The notes under the pieces: model-generated
The model's input: the letters and a program-made list of their open reading frames with translations, nothing else
Database searches by the model: none
Told to the model about the DNA's origin: nothing
Position numbers and translations under genes: made by a program
Shown: piece after piece, positions 13,384-24,479 of the stretch
How positions within the stretch are numbered: the first letter of the stretch is position 1
Layout of the letters: the number at the start of each line of letters is the position of its first letter
Assembly: GCF_001194135.2 (NCBI RefSeq)
Contig: NC_068983.1
Location: 73,950,546 to 74,014,545 of the forward strand
Length of the DNA: 64,000 bases
Source: Octopus bimaculoides
Lineage: Eukaryota
Direction of reading: 5' to 3'

Positions 13384-13603
13384 CCTTTTAATGTTTGAAC
13401 TGGCCATATCCAGCGAAATATCCTACCTGCTTTATGGTTAAACTATCTGGAACTTGCCTCTCACACCCACCCCAAATTTCATTCTAAAAATAGACAATTA
13501 CATCTTTGAAATCTCAAAGCTACAAGATAGAACAGGATTAATTTTAATAAAGATGAATAAAGAAACATTACATTTAACAAAATAATCTGAATGCTAAAAG
13601 GTT
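13384..13603. mobile_element. piggyBac-type MITE (diverged)
   Basis: Right end GAATGCTAAAAGG|TTAA; degenerate left end CCTTTTAATGTTTGAAC. Confidence 0.5.
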
Positions 13604-13914
13604 AAAGAATGCTTTAATATTGAAAAGTAAAGATTCTTTTCAAGATTAAATCATTGTTTAAATATCAAATTTCAGTGAATACAAAATGAATATCATTCAT
13701 ATTGAGTTTATTTCTTTTAACAATAGTTCTTCATTACTTTGGGATATTCAATCTTTTGCTTTTAATTATGATGTCCTTTAGATTTTTGAAATGGTTAACA
13801 AAGAGGTTTCCAATTTTGCTCCTGTAGTATTTTTATAGTTTATTTCTTTTATATCCTTCTATTTTATAGCCCTTTGATAAAACACTCTTTTTTAATTTTG
13901 TAAGTTTTATTATG

Positions 13915-14240
13915 TGAAGTTGTATGGCTTAGTGGTTAAGGGTTTTTGGCTCGTGATTGTAAGATCGTGAGTTCAATTCGTATTGGTACATTGTGTCCTT
14001 GAGCAAGACAATTTATTTTACATTGCTCCTATCCACTCAGCTGGGAAAAATGAGTTGTACTGGTATTTCAAAGGGCCAGCCTTGTCACATTATGTGTCAT
14101 ACTGAATCTCGTTGAAAACTTCATTAAGGGAATGTGTGTCTGTGGAGTGCTCAACCACTTAGACATTAATTTCAGAGCAGGCTGTTCCACCAACCAGATC
14201 AACTGAAACCCTTGTTGTCATAATCAATGGAGTGCCAGCA
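13915..14240 (+). mobile_element. SINE family B (diverged, sense copy)
   Basis: Head TGGCTTAGTGGTTAAGG...GAGTTCAATTC; 3' half is the reverse complement of 2863-3030. Confidence 0.8.
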
Positions 14241-14544
14241 AGTTTTATCATGTTTCATTGTTGTAACTTGTTTAATAAATAATATAAGAAAGCCTTAACA
14301 GCAGCACTTTAAGCTCAGACTTTAACAGGTTAGACTGCTAACAAATAGCCCGGTGATTTGCATTGATCATGTATGCTATGTATTTTCAGTCGATATAAGA
14401 AATATATGATTAGTCTAATTCCAAAAAAAGAGTTCCTGTCTGTGTCAGTGCTACTCTGAATTAATGAGTGTTAGAGTTGTAGTTGAATGCTTTGTGCACC
14501 ATATTTTATAATGCTGTATTCTACATTGCAATATTTCACATTGT

Positions 14545-14765
14545 TAAGGTGGTGAGCTGGCAGAATCATTACTGTGGTGGACAAAATGCTTAGCAGCATT
14601 TCATATGACTTTACATTCTGAATTTGAATTCCATCAAGGTCAACTTTGCCTTTCATCCTTTCTGGGTTGATAAGGTAAGTACTAGTTGATCCCTGGGGTC
14701 TATGTAAACAACTTAATCCTTCCCCCAATATTACTGGCCTTGAGTCAACATTTGAAACCAATATT
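14545..14765 (+). mobile_element. SINE family C
   Basis: GGTGAGCTGGCAGAATC...ACTTTGCCTTTCATCCTTTC...TAAGTAC, matching the reverse complement of 48109-48340. Confidence 0.75.
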
Positions 14766-15005
14766 CTATATTCTTGCTGTTTACTTCTCTGTCACAAATA
14801 ATTGTCAGAGCAAGGAATGTGACTTTTGTAAGACTGATGCTCTAGCTACCATTACATCACTTCTTTACATGTTTAGTACTCTTTGTACTTGTTGTTAAAC
14901 ACAGACTTTATAAAACTTTATGAATCCCTGAAGATTTTATGTGGAAACATCTTTTTCCTTATAAGTAGTTTGATCGTCTGACTTATTGGTCCAATAAGTT
15001 TATAG

Positions 15006-15050
15006 AAATACATAAAAAGAAAGAGACTTTTGGAAACTACTAAATTTGAG
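15006..15050 (+). CDS. Candidate exon KYIKRKRLLETTKFE (unidentified gene)
   Basis: CTGAC branch-like motif ~25 nt upstream, acceptor tttatag, 45 nt phase 0-0 open frame, donor GAG|GTATAA; in phase with the 16059 exon. Confidence 0.35.
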
Positions 15051-16058
15051 GTATAAAAAGTATGGTCCGCAGAAATATTTGGTGAATGATGGTTTATGCT
15101 AGCAAGACGGTGAATGGAATTATAAACAAGCTGAATAAAGCTGCTTGAAACATTAATCTTGTTCTCATTTCACAGAACAACAAACATAAACTGTTTCAGT
15201 TTATGAACTCATAGTTTTGCTATATATATATTTTTTGTGCACTGGTGGTTGCATTTTACATGAACAGAGTGTTTTATTTTTTATAACTCCTGAAGAAAAA
15301 TGAATAAGAGAATAAAAATATTTAAAATATTGTTAAAAGAGTATTTTTTTTTTCATTTGGTTCTTTTTAATTATGAATCTTAAAAGACTGAGCTTAATAT
15401 TGATTTCAGGTATTATTATAATTCATGTATTTATATGATATTTAAATTAGATTAGAGATTGAAACAATGTTGGGGTAGGGAAATTTATTATGTATGCTAG
15501 TGAGAATGCTCACAATGTTAGGCTATAAATATGAATGAATGAAGGTAGTATTTGAGCATTATGGTTAATGTGAACATGGTAAGAATGAATAGAAGAAGAA
15601 AAACAAGAACAAGTTTCTACTGGATGTTCTGTTGAAGGTGGGTTTACAATAGGGAAATACCCATGTATGAAATTTGAATGATTGTGATTCTTTGTCAAGT
15701 GAGTGAATAAGTGAAATAAAGGAAGATAATTTGTAAATAAAGAAATGATAGTTATGAGGAATATCAGATTTACATTTACCATGAAGGGAAGCAATAACAG
15801 AATAGATATGAGGTTGCACTTTCATTTATGGAGAAAAGCTAATTGTACAGAAAGACAATAACTCTGAATTGAACTGATAACTGAATTATTGACTATTTTA
15901 TATTCATTTTAAGACCTAATCTGTGTGTGAATGAGTTTTCAATATGATTGAAAAGAAAAGAAAAAAAAACAGATTTAACCTAATTTTGTTTTCCAAATGT
16001 TCTATAAAGGATTTTGTGCATTCAAATATTTCAATCTTCTGAATCCTTCACTCCTTAG

Positions 16059-16130
16059 AATGTCTATCTTTTGCACACTGAAGATTGTACTGGTATTGGT
16101 ATTAGTGAAAATGACAGTGCTGCTACTCAA
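16059..16130 (+). CDS. Candidate exon NVYLLHTEDCTGIGISENDSAATQ (unidentified gene)
   Basis: Acceptor tccttcactccttag, 72 nt phase 0-0 open frame, consensus donor CAA|GTAAGT. Confidence 0.5.
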
Positions 16131-17117
16131 GTAAGTGAAGGTTAACAAAAAAATAAACCTTCAAAAAACTGAGAGTGAGATAAAGCTTTGATTACAGAAA
16201 TAATGTTTAGTGATATAGCAGGAATGTTTATTATTTGGATGACAATTATTGTTAATATGATAATATTTGTTGTTAAGATGATAATGTTTATTGTTTGGGT
16301 GATAATGTTTATTGTTACAGTGACAATGGTTAGTGTTAGGGTGGTAATGTGTATCGGTTTAATAATACAGACTTATATTAACATTTTTTTTTATAGCAGC
16401 CATATTTCATTATTGTAATAACATAGTAGTAATAATATTTATTGTTATAACGACAATATTTATTGTGAAAAGGACAATATTACCAAGGCAATGTTTATTG
16501 TTCTATGTTTGTAATGAGGAGGAAGCTAATGGTAAATATACTTCTCCTATGCCAATATATTTTATTATTTCAGTGTTTTCTGCTTGCTTTTGCTGTTTTT
16601 TCATCTCTTTTTTTTTAACTCTCATTTTCTGCTTTATTATTTGTTAACCTTTCTCTAACTTATCACTAATTCTAATTTTTTCACACTCACTCCTCATTTC
16701 TTTCAATGTTTACTTCACAATATATAAATCTGTTGTTTGAATATGCATGTTTGTATTTTTCTTTTTCAAGCACTATGCATCTATGGTATATTTGTTGTAG
16801 TTTCTACATTATCACATTGAGCAGTAATTTTTAATGTTCTTATTTCCAAAAAATAGCCCACTTTCCTCCCAACCAACACCCTATACATACAACAACAAAG
16901 AGAAGTTCTGTTTTCATGTTTTCTTTTGTTGCTTTGTTGATACTCAAGAATGAAGTGTTTTTCATTTGAAGATGCAAATTTAAAAAGGATTTACTTTTTG
17001 CATAATAAGTATATATGGTAGTACATATATGGTAAATATATATTTGGTAGATATTATCTGCTTAAATAATCAATATACATCTTGAACTGCAATACATTCC
17101 TCCATTCCCTTTAACAG

Positions 17118-17208
17118 CTGTCGACTGGAGATCACAATAATTTTAGCATCTTCCAGCAGCATTATCGCTCTCTCTCCAGCAATGCTGAACAGCATTATTA
17201 CTATCAGA
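17118..17208 (+). CDS. Candidate exon LSTGDHNNFSIFQQHYRSLSSNAEQHYYYQ (unidentified gene)
   Basis: Acceptor tccattccctttaacag, 91 nt open frame, donor AGA|GTATGT; in phase with the 16059 exon. Confidence 0.4.
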
Positions 17209-18664
17209 GTATGTCCAGATTGTGATTTTGGCCAATGTTGTAGCATACTTCTTTCCTCCTGTCAGCAATGCAGCCATTTTATCAAATTTCTAGCAGCTGC
17301 AACCTGGCAATGATTATTTTGTTTGAATAATTGCTAAAGATTTATTTTTTACATTCTCATGTCTCATCTTTGATCATTCTCTCACATACCTCTGTGATAT
17401 CCACAATGAAGCATTCTCTGATTCTCGCTGCAGTTCACAAATAATATAATACTGATAAATATTGTTATTAAATATATAGATCAATGACTAGGCATGTGCT
17501 GTATTAGCATTGGTGCCTGCTATTTGTAACCACTACTTTGGCTCAATTGAAGAATGAAGAATGTACTGAGTGAAAAACAAATGTTGTGTTATGAAAACCT
17601 GATGTTCCCTTCATGTGAAATAAAAGCCAAACATTAATAATGAGTGCAATGAATATGTGATGGAGCCCATTGGTTTTTATTATGTTCATGTTTTAACACC
17701 ATTTACTAAACAGAATGTGCCAAGCTTTTGCTTTAATATTATTACTCTTTGAAATTAATTGCCTGTATATATATATATATGTGTGTGTGTGTATGTGTGT
17801 GTTTGTGTCTTTTTTACAGTAACTTCTAATGATAACAAATGAAATATTTTAACCTGCAGTGAGCTAGAAAAAAAAAAAATTTTTAAACTGCATATTTCTC
17901 CTTAGTTGAACAACAGTTGTTTTGAAATATCAAAGAACTCAAAGGGCTTATCAGAAGATTTATATATGATAATTACCAAGCAGTTTTGGTTATTTATTTT
18001 ACTTTAAATACTTTGAACTGATTTTTGGTTGCAATTGACTCACCCTAGTCAGCTCTGTTCAGCACTGCTCAAGTAGATCTATAGGATGCATGAGATTGAT
18101 CAAATGCTTATGCTTAAAAGCTTCTTGCATATGCCTAATTACACTGGTATACAACTCTAGGATGTAGAATTAGATTTGTGGGTTGCAGTGTGACAGAAAA
18201 TATATGTTGCACTTACTGTGCTCCATAGTTTTGTCACCAAACATGGATTCAGATGCCTTATGATTTAAGTCTAATTACTCCAGCAAAGTAGTTTTGACAT
18301 ATTTTCTCAGAAGGTGCTTCTGTGAGATTGCTCCTATGGTAGAAATAACAGCTAAATGTCCCTCATCACACACACTACCATCTTAATGTAATCCTAGATA
18401 ACCCTTAGAAAGGTGGTTATTCATGGGTGGAATGCCTTTCAGCATGGGTTTCCATTTGGTTAGTCTGGAGCTAAATAATAACTTAGTTGATTTTGCATGT
18501 AGACCCTATCCTCTCAATCCAGAACCACAATAGTTAAATCTTATATCTAACAACAACCTGTATGCGTACATGTGCTACGGAATGGCTACAACACTAACTG
18601 AATGAAGAATTCCTACTCAGTTGAGTAATTTTCTCAGAGATTAGATCACCTACTTAGTCAAAGG

Positions 18665-18726
<62 letters not shown>

Positions 18727-18739
18727 TTATTTTTTTTTA

Positions 18740-18965
18740 TTCACCTTTTTCAAGCCTAGCCAGGCTCATGGGCCCAGTTTCCCAGTTTCTATGGTGTATG
18801 TGTTCCTTCCAGGATCCCTGGACGGGATGCCAGTCCATCACAGCGTTACTCAAGAAACAGGAAGAAAGCATAAGAGAAAGTTGGGGCGAAAGAGTACAAC
18901 AGGGGTCGCCACGACCCCCTGCTGGAGCCTCGTGGAGCTTTAGGTCTTTTCGCTCAATAAACACT
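18740..18965 (-). mobile_element. SINE sharing the family B core but with a different 3' tail; head lost in the gap
   Basis: 18870-18965 matches 3060-3160; 18740-18850 differs and matches the reverse complement of the tail at 37230-37325. Confidence 0.75.
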
Positions 18966-19065
18966 NNNNNNNNNNNNNNNNNNNNNNNNNNNNNNNNNNN
19001 NNNNNNNNNNNNNNNNNNNNNNNNNNNNNNNNNNNNNNNNNNNNNNNNNNNNNNNNNNNNNNNNN
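18966..19065. other. Assembly gap (100 N)
   Basis: Run of N. Confidence 1.
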
Positions 19066-19156
19066 ATATATATATATATATATATATATGTATCATCAGT
19101 AAATCATAAATAAATAAAAGAGAAACACACTCTAAGTTATAGAGCAGTAGATTATA

Positions 19157-19631
19157 TAGATAAAAATAGATACTTCTGGTTTATGGGCTTACCCAGGATT
19201 TTATGTCTATAAAGTGCTTAGTTTTACAGGGGTTTTTTTTCAGACCCTAAACCCATTGACCTATGGCCTCTCTGGAAAATCGAGGAAGGAAAACTTCATT
19301 ACTATCTGTCAACAACAAGGGATTGTCTCCATTTGACAGCTAACCGTAATTGACCCTGTTGGCTTGTGGGTTCCAGGACATCAGCTGGAATTTCCTAATG
19401 TGCAAGCGCTGTCATCCTGGGACCCATAAGTCAACAGGGTCAGTTACGGATAGCAGTTAAATAGAGACAATCTGTTGTTGTTGACAAATAATAGCAAAAT
19501 TTTTTCCTCCTCCATTCTCTAGAGAGGCCAGGTCAACAGGTTTAGGGTCTGAAGACATGCTGTAAAGCTAAGCACTTTATAGAAGCGAAACCCTGGGTAA
19601 CCCCATAAACTAGCCATATCTATCTTTATCT
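19157..19631. mobile_element. Foldback/MITE-like element, almost entirely palindromic
   Basis: Imperfect arms of ~225 bp (e.g. TTTATGGG/CCCATAAA, TATAAAGTGCTTAG/CTAAGCACTTTATA, TTCAGACCCTAAACC/GGTTTAGGGTCTGAA, TGACCCTGTTG/CAACAGGGTCA) around a ~22-nt loop. Confidence 0.85.
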
Positions 19632-19671
19632 CTCTCTCACTATATATATATATATATATATAAATATATAT

Positions 19672-20175
19672 GTGTATATAATGACGACCACTAAGTGAAC
19701 AGTTAATGTGCTAGAAGAAGATCACATGTAATGTGTCTACTAAGACCTAATAGTTCTCAAAAGAAATTCAGCAAAATACCAAACCGCATGCGGGCAAGAC
19801 AGTGAAAATTACATAAATAAAACATTATTATTCGTTGACCGGTTTCGAAATTAACATTCTCTTACTGAAAATATCTGTTTCTCTTCAGCACGAATTGTAA
19901 GGAAATCATAATTCTCAGAATCTTATACAAGTTGTTCACTGCTACAGGCGAACGTGTATATGGTTCTGCTGAATTTCATTTGAGAACTATTAGGTCTTAG
20001 TAGACACATTACATGTGATCTTCTTCTAGCACATTAACTGTCCACTTAGTGGTCATCGTTATATACACATATACATTAATCCCCTGAGATCTCAGATATT
20101 TTTTCTGAATCTCTCTGATTCTTTCAATGTGCTGGCTTCCTGGTAATAAATCGATATTAATTAATATCTGATTTT
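19672..20175 (-). mobile_element. Penelope-like ORF end plus pseudo-LTR with an inverted duplication
   Basis: Minus-strand ...HIERIREIQKKYLRSQGIN resembles a PLE ORF end; ~110-bp near-perfect inverted repeat (19672-19785 vs 19965-20070); hammerhead in the spacer. Confidence 0.7.
19830..19895 (-). ncRNA. Minimal type I hammerhead ribozyme
   Basis: Minus strand: AUUCGUG-CUGAAGA-GAAA[27 nt]UUUC-GAAA-CCGG-UC-AACGAAU. Intact core, G-C-closed stem II, palindromic stem III (ACCGGU), GUC site, stem I 6/7 paired. Confidence 0.8.
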
Positions 20176-20183
20176 TTACCCTA

Positions 20184-20562
20184 GGAGTGGCTGTGTGGTA
20201 AGTAGCTTGCTTACCAACCACATGGTTCCGGGTTCAGTCCCACTGCGTGGCATCTTGGGCAAGTGTCTTCTACTATAGCCTCGGGCCGACCAAAGCCTCG
20301 TGAGTGGATTTGGTAGACGGAAACTGAAAGAAGCCCGTCGTATATATATGTATGTGTTTGTGTGTCTGTGTTTGTCCCCCCTAGCATTGCTTGACAACCG
20401 ATGCTGGTGTGTTTATGTCCCCGTCACATAGCGGTTCGGCAAAAGAGACCGATAGAATAAGTACTAGGCTTACAAAGAATAAGTCCCGGGGTCGATTTGC
20501 TCGACTAAAGGTGGTGCTCCAGCATGGCCGCAGTCAAATGACTGAAACAAGTAAAAGAGTAT
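20184..20562 (+). mobile_element. SINE family A, young full-length copy
   Basis: tRNA-like head GGAGTGGCTGTGTGGTAAG...GGGTTCAGTCCC, CpGs retained, tail AAACAAGTAAAAGAGTA. Confidence 0.9.
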
Positions 20563-20920
20563 AGAAGTTCATGCTAAACATTAAGTATATCAATTGCAAT
20601 CTCATTTTGGATGGCCTAAGAAGTTCATGAATACTACACCACCCTTTTGACTAAACCATTAAAGAAAAATTGAGGCCTGCGAAACATTGCCATATGATAC
20701 AATAATGTGCCAATAATGGGATGAGGAAGCAACTGATCTTTTAACACAGTTGACATGTCAGACAATTTTTATCTTTGCTATAGAATATTTCTCAATTGAG
20801 GTTTGAGCCAATGTGGAAGCTTGTCACGATCTTTGGTCTGTTGCAAATATTAACCAAATCTTTCCCATCACATGCTACCTTATTAAATAAAGAAAGGAGA
20901 ATTTATATAAATATATATGC

Positions 20921-20986
<66 letters not shown>

Positions 20987-21154
20987 ATATGTAAAATTTA
21001 TTAATAAGGGTAGAATTTGATATTAATCAATTAAAACCAGTGGTCTAGCATATTAAAAAAGATCCGAAGATTAAAATTATATTACATACAAAAATAAGAG
21101 GAATGACCAGCAAAAGTGGACTCCTATATGCTAGAAATAGTTGCCTAATCATCT

Positions 21155-22117
21155 NNNNNNNNNNNNNNNNNNNNNNNNNNNNNNNNNNNNNNNNNNNNNN
21201 NNNNNNNNNNNNNNNNNNNNNNNNNNNNNNNNNNNNNNNNNNNNNNNNNNNNNNNNNNNNNNNNNNNNNNNNNNNNNNNNNNNNNNNNNNNNNNNNNNNN
21301 NNNNNNNNNNNNNNNNNNNNNNNNNNNNNNNNNNNNNNNNNNNNNNNNNNNNNNNNNNNNNNNNNNNNNNNNNNNNNNNNNNNNNNNNNNNNNNNNNNNN
21401 NNNNNNNNNNNNNNNNNNNNNNNNNNNNNNNNNNNNNNNNNNNNNNNNNNNNNNNNNNNNNNNNNNNNNNNNNNNNNNNNNNNNNNNNNNNNNNNNNNNN
21501 NNNNNNNNNNNNNNNNNNNNNNNNNNNNNNNNNNNNNNNNNNNNNNNNNNNNNNNNNNNNNNNNNNNNNNNNNNNNNNNNNNNNNNNNNNNNNNNNNNNN
21601 NNNNNNNNNNNNNNNNNNNNNNNNNNNNNNNNNNNNNNNNNNNNNNNNNNNNNNNNNNNNNNNNNNNNNNNNNNNNNNNNNNNNNNNNNNNNNNNNNNNN
21701 NNNNNNNNNNNNNNNNNNNNNNNNNNNNNNNNNNNNNNNNNNNNNNNNNNNNNNNNNNNNNNNNNNNNNNNNNNNNNNNNNNNNNNNNNNNNNNNNNNNN
21801 NNNNNNNNNNNNNNNNNNNNNNNNNNNNNNNNNNNNNNNNNNNNNNNNNNNNNNNNNNNNNNNNNNNNNNNNNNNNNNNNNNNNNNNNNNNNNNNNNNNN
21901 NNNNNNNNNNNNNNNNNNNNNNNNNNNNNNNNNNNNNNNNNNNNNNNNNNNNNNNNNNNNNNNNNNNNNNNNNNNNNNNNNNNNNNNNNNNNNNNNNNNN
22001 NNNNNNNNNNNNNNNNNNNNNNNNNNNNNNNNNNNNNNNNNNNNNNNNNNNNNNNNNNNNNNNNNNNNNNNNNNNNNNNNNNNNNNNNNNNNNNNNNNNN
22101 NNNNNNNNNNNNNNNNN
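21155..22117. other. Assembly gap
   Basis: Run of N. Confidence 1.
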
Positions 22118-22552
22118 TAGTCATGGTTAAAATCCTTTTTATCACAAATCTGATTGATGAGGGCTGACCTAGGGCTAAACAACAGCAACAATTTCTTGAT
22201 TAAAAAAGAAAGTAATTTCGTACAGCTATTAAACACAATATTATGAATGTCATTAATACTGGTGATGTGATTTGTTCTAAACTGATGAGATAAGACGGCT
22301 GTAGTTTTCAGTCATAGTGATGATGACATAGTTGATTAGTTGGAGTATCAAAAAATAAAAGATAAGAAATAGAAGAGAGGATGAAAACTTTATTTGTGAA
22401 AATGATTTGCAACTTTGAGGCATCTGCTAAAGTAATGAGAAAAATAGAGTGAAGAATATGAACAAACAAAGATAATCAAATGTCTTAAATAAAATTGAAT
22501 TGTAAATAAGTTATAAGTTTTGGTATTAACTTAATATTTAGAAATGAATCAT

Positions 22553-22926
22553 AGGCGCAGGAGTGGCTGTGTGGTAAGTAGCTTGCTTACCAACCACATG
22601 GTTCCGGGTTCAGTCCCGCTGCGTGGCATCTTGGGCAAGTGTCTTCTGCTATAGCCTCGGGCCGACCAAAGCCTTGTGAGTGGATTTGGTAGACGGAAAC
22701 TGAAAGAAGCCCGTCGTATATATATGTATGTGTTTGTGTGTCTGTGTTTGTCCCCCTAGCATTGCTTGACAACCGATGCTGGTGTGTTTACGTGCCCGTC
22801 ACATAGCGGTTCGGCAAAAGAGACCGATAGAATAAGTACTAGGCTTACAAAGAATAAGTCCCAGGGTCGATTTTCTCGACTAAAGGTGGTGCTCCAGTAT
22901 GGCCACTGAAGCAAGTAAAAGAGTAT
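22553..22926 (+). mobile_element. SINE family A, young full-length copy
   Basis: Differs from 20184-20562 by roughly ten substitutions and one short deletion near the tail. Confidence 0.9.
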
Positions 22927-23876
22927 AGTTTGATATTTACATTAGCACTGCCATTTCAATCAGTTTGATCCTTGATCATCATCAGATATTCTAGTTTTGG
23001 ATGTTTACATAGCACCACATCAGACAAAATTCAAAACAGGCACCGTTATTTATTCATAAAGAGAAATGACAAACATACTAGTAACTTAATTATTAATCTC
23101 AGTTTACAAGTTATAGATTCCTACTTCAGTACTAATCAGGTACTTATGAAGAAAACCTAATGAAATAAACAGTCAGGATTAGGCCTGGTATTAGGGTTAT
23201 GAAGCCACCTGATGCTTCAAGTATATATTGCAGGGAAAGCTTTATATTCTATATAATTTTAGATTTAGTGATAGGAAACCTGATTCTGTAAGAGAAGATT
23301 TTGTAGGTAGTTTCTCTTGTCATGTAGTGGAAGATACTTATTGCATTTTTTCTTTACTGTATTTGATGTAATTTTCTTTGGAAATTCTTATAGCTGCTGC
23401 TAATCTTATTACTACAATAGAGATTCCAAATGTAAATCTAAATCAACATCATTTACACAGTACCATCAAAATTCCTCAACACTTTTAAAAAGATAACATA
23501 ATAATAAACATACTATTCACTATTTGATTGTACAACAATTGAAAGAATTTATTTATGAACATTTCTAGAGCTAAAAAGCTTGTTACATAAGTAACACTTT
23601 TTTTAAAAGAAAGAAATAGGATGCAGAGAAAATCTTTCAAATCTTTTCAGTATACTATGACTAAACTATTTAGGGTCCAGAGATAACTATTTAGGGCCCA
23701 GTTATTGAATGACAAAGGAACAAAGGAAGATCTGAAGATAATGAAAATGTTATACATCAAAAAAAAAAAAGTTTTGAAAGTACCAAACTAAATTTTGTTC
23801 CAATTCTAAAAGCTGAATTTTATATCTACTTACTGTTGTATTTTTTTTTTTTTTCTGCAATTTTCTGTCTTTTTAG

Positions 23877-23933
23877 ATTATTCAACGCCATGAATGTGTG
23901 GAAATTGAGATTGCAAATCCGGCAAATACTTAA
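23877..23933 (+). CDS. Candidate terminal coding exon (IIQRHECVEIEIANPANT* in phase 0, or NYSTP* if spliced to 17208)
   Basis: Long polypyrimidine tract and acceptor ttttctgtctttttag, CpG-containing sequence, no good donor downstream, AATAAA near 24105. Confidence 0.4.
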   Translation: MIQRHECVEIEIANPANT

Positions 23934-24479
23934 CCAAAACAACATCAATTGGAAACTTGTTTGCCGTGCTCACATTTTCACTTCTCCCTCCCCTTCCATT
24001 TTAAATATATCAATCTCTTATTGTCATATGTGTTGTGATTTTGTGACAGATGAGCAGAATTTGTAAAGACAAAAAACAAAAAAATTAAAGAAAAAATCCC
24101 CAAAATAAAAAATGAAAAATCTGTGAAGTGTGTAAATAAAAATTGAAATGCTGAACATGAAATACATTAAAAAAAAATAAGCAGTCTATCAAATCATGGA
24201 AAAAATCCAAATGGAGGAAGAAAAATGGAATAATAAAAAAAAAGCAGCCATCAAACATTATTATGAAGATAGAGGGATAAATGAAAAAATGGGGGGGGGG
24301 GATTTATATTGAGAGACAATGAAAAATGGGAACTGCAAGGGAAAACATGAATAAAAAGGTGTTTATGAATTAGCAGTTGTCAGATACAGTGAAATCTGGT
24401 GGAAAAATCATGTAACAACGAAAAAAAAAAAAAAAATTCTTCAAAATGGTGAAGATCAATCAATTACAAATAGACCAAA

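Noticed and set aside
14969-15050. Longer exon FDRLTYWSNKFIEIHKKKET... needing a 1-nt frameshift
   Set aside because: The downstream acceptor at 15005 gives an open 45-nt exon without invoking a sequencing error.
20184-20262. tRNA genes at SINE heads (also near 3170-3242, 34900-34972, 22560-22640)
   Set aside because: They continue into SINE bodies and tails and lack a complete cloverleaf or terminator.
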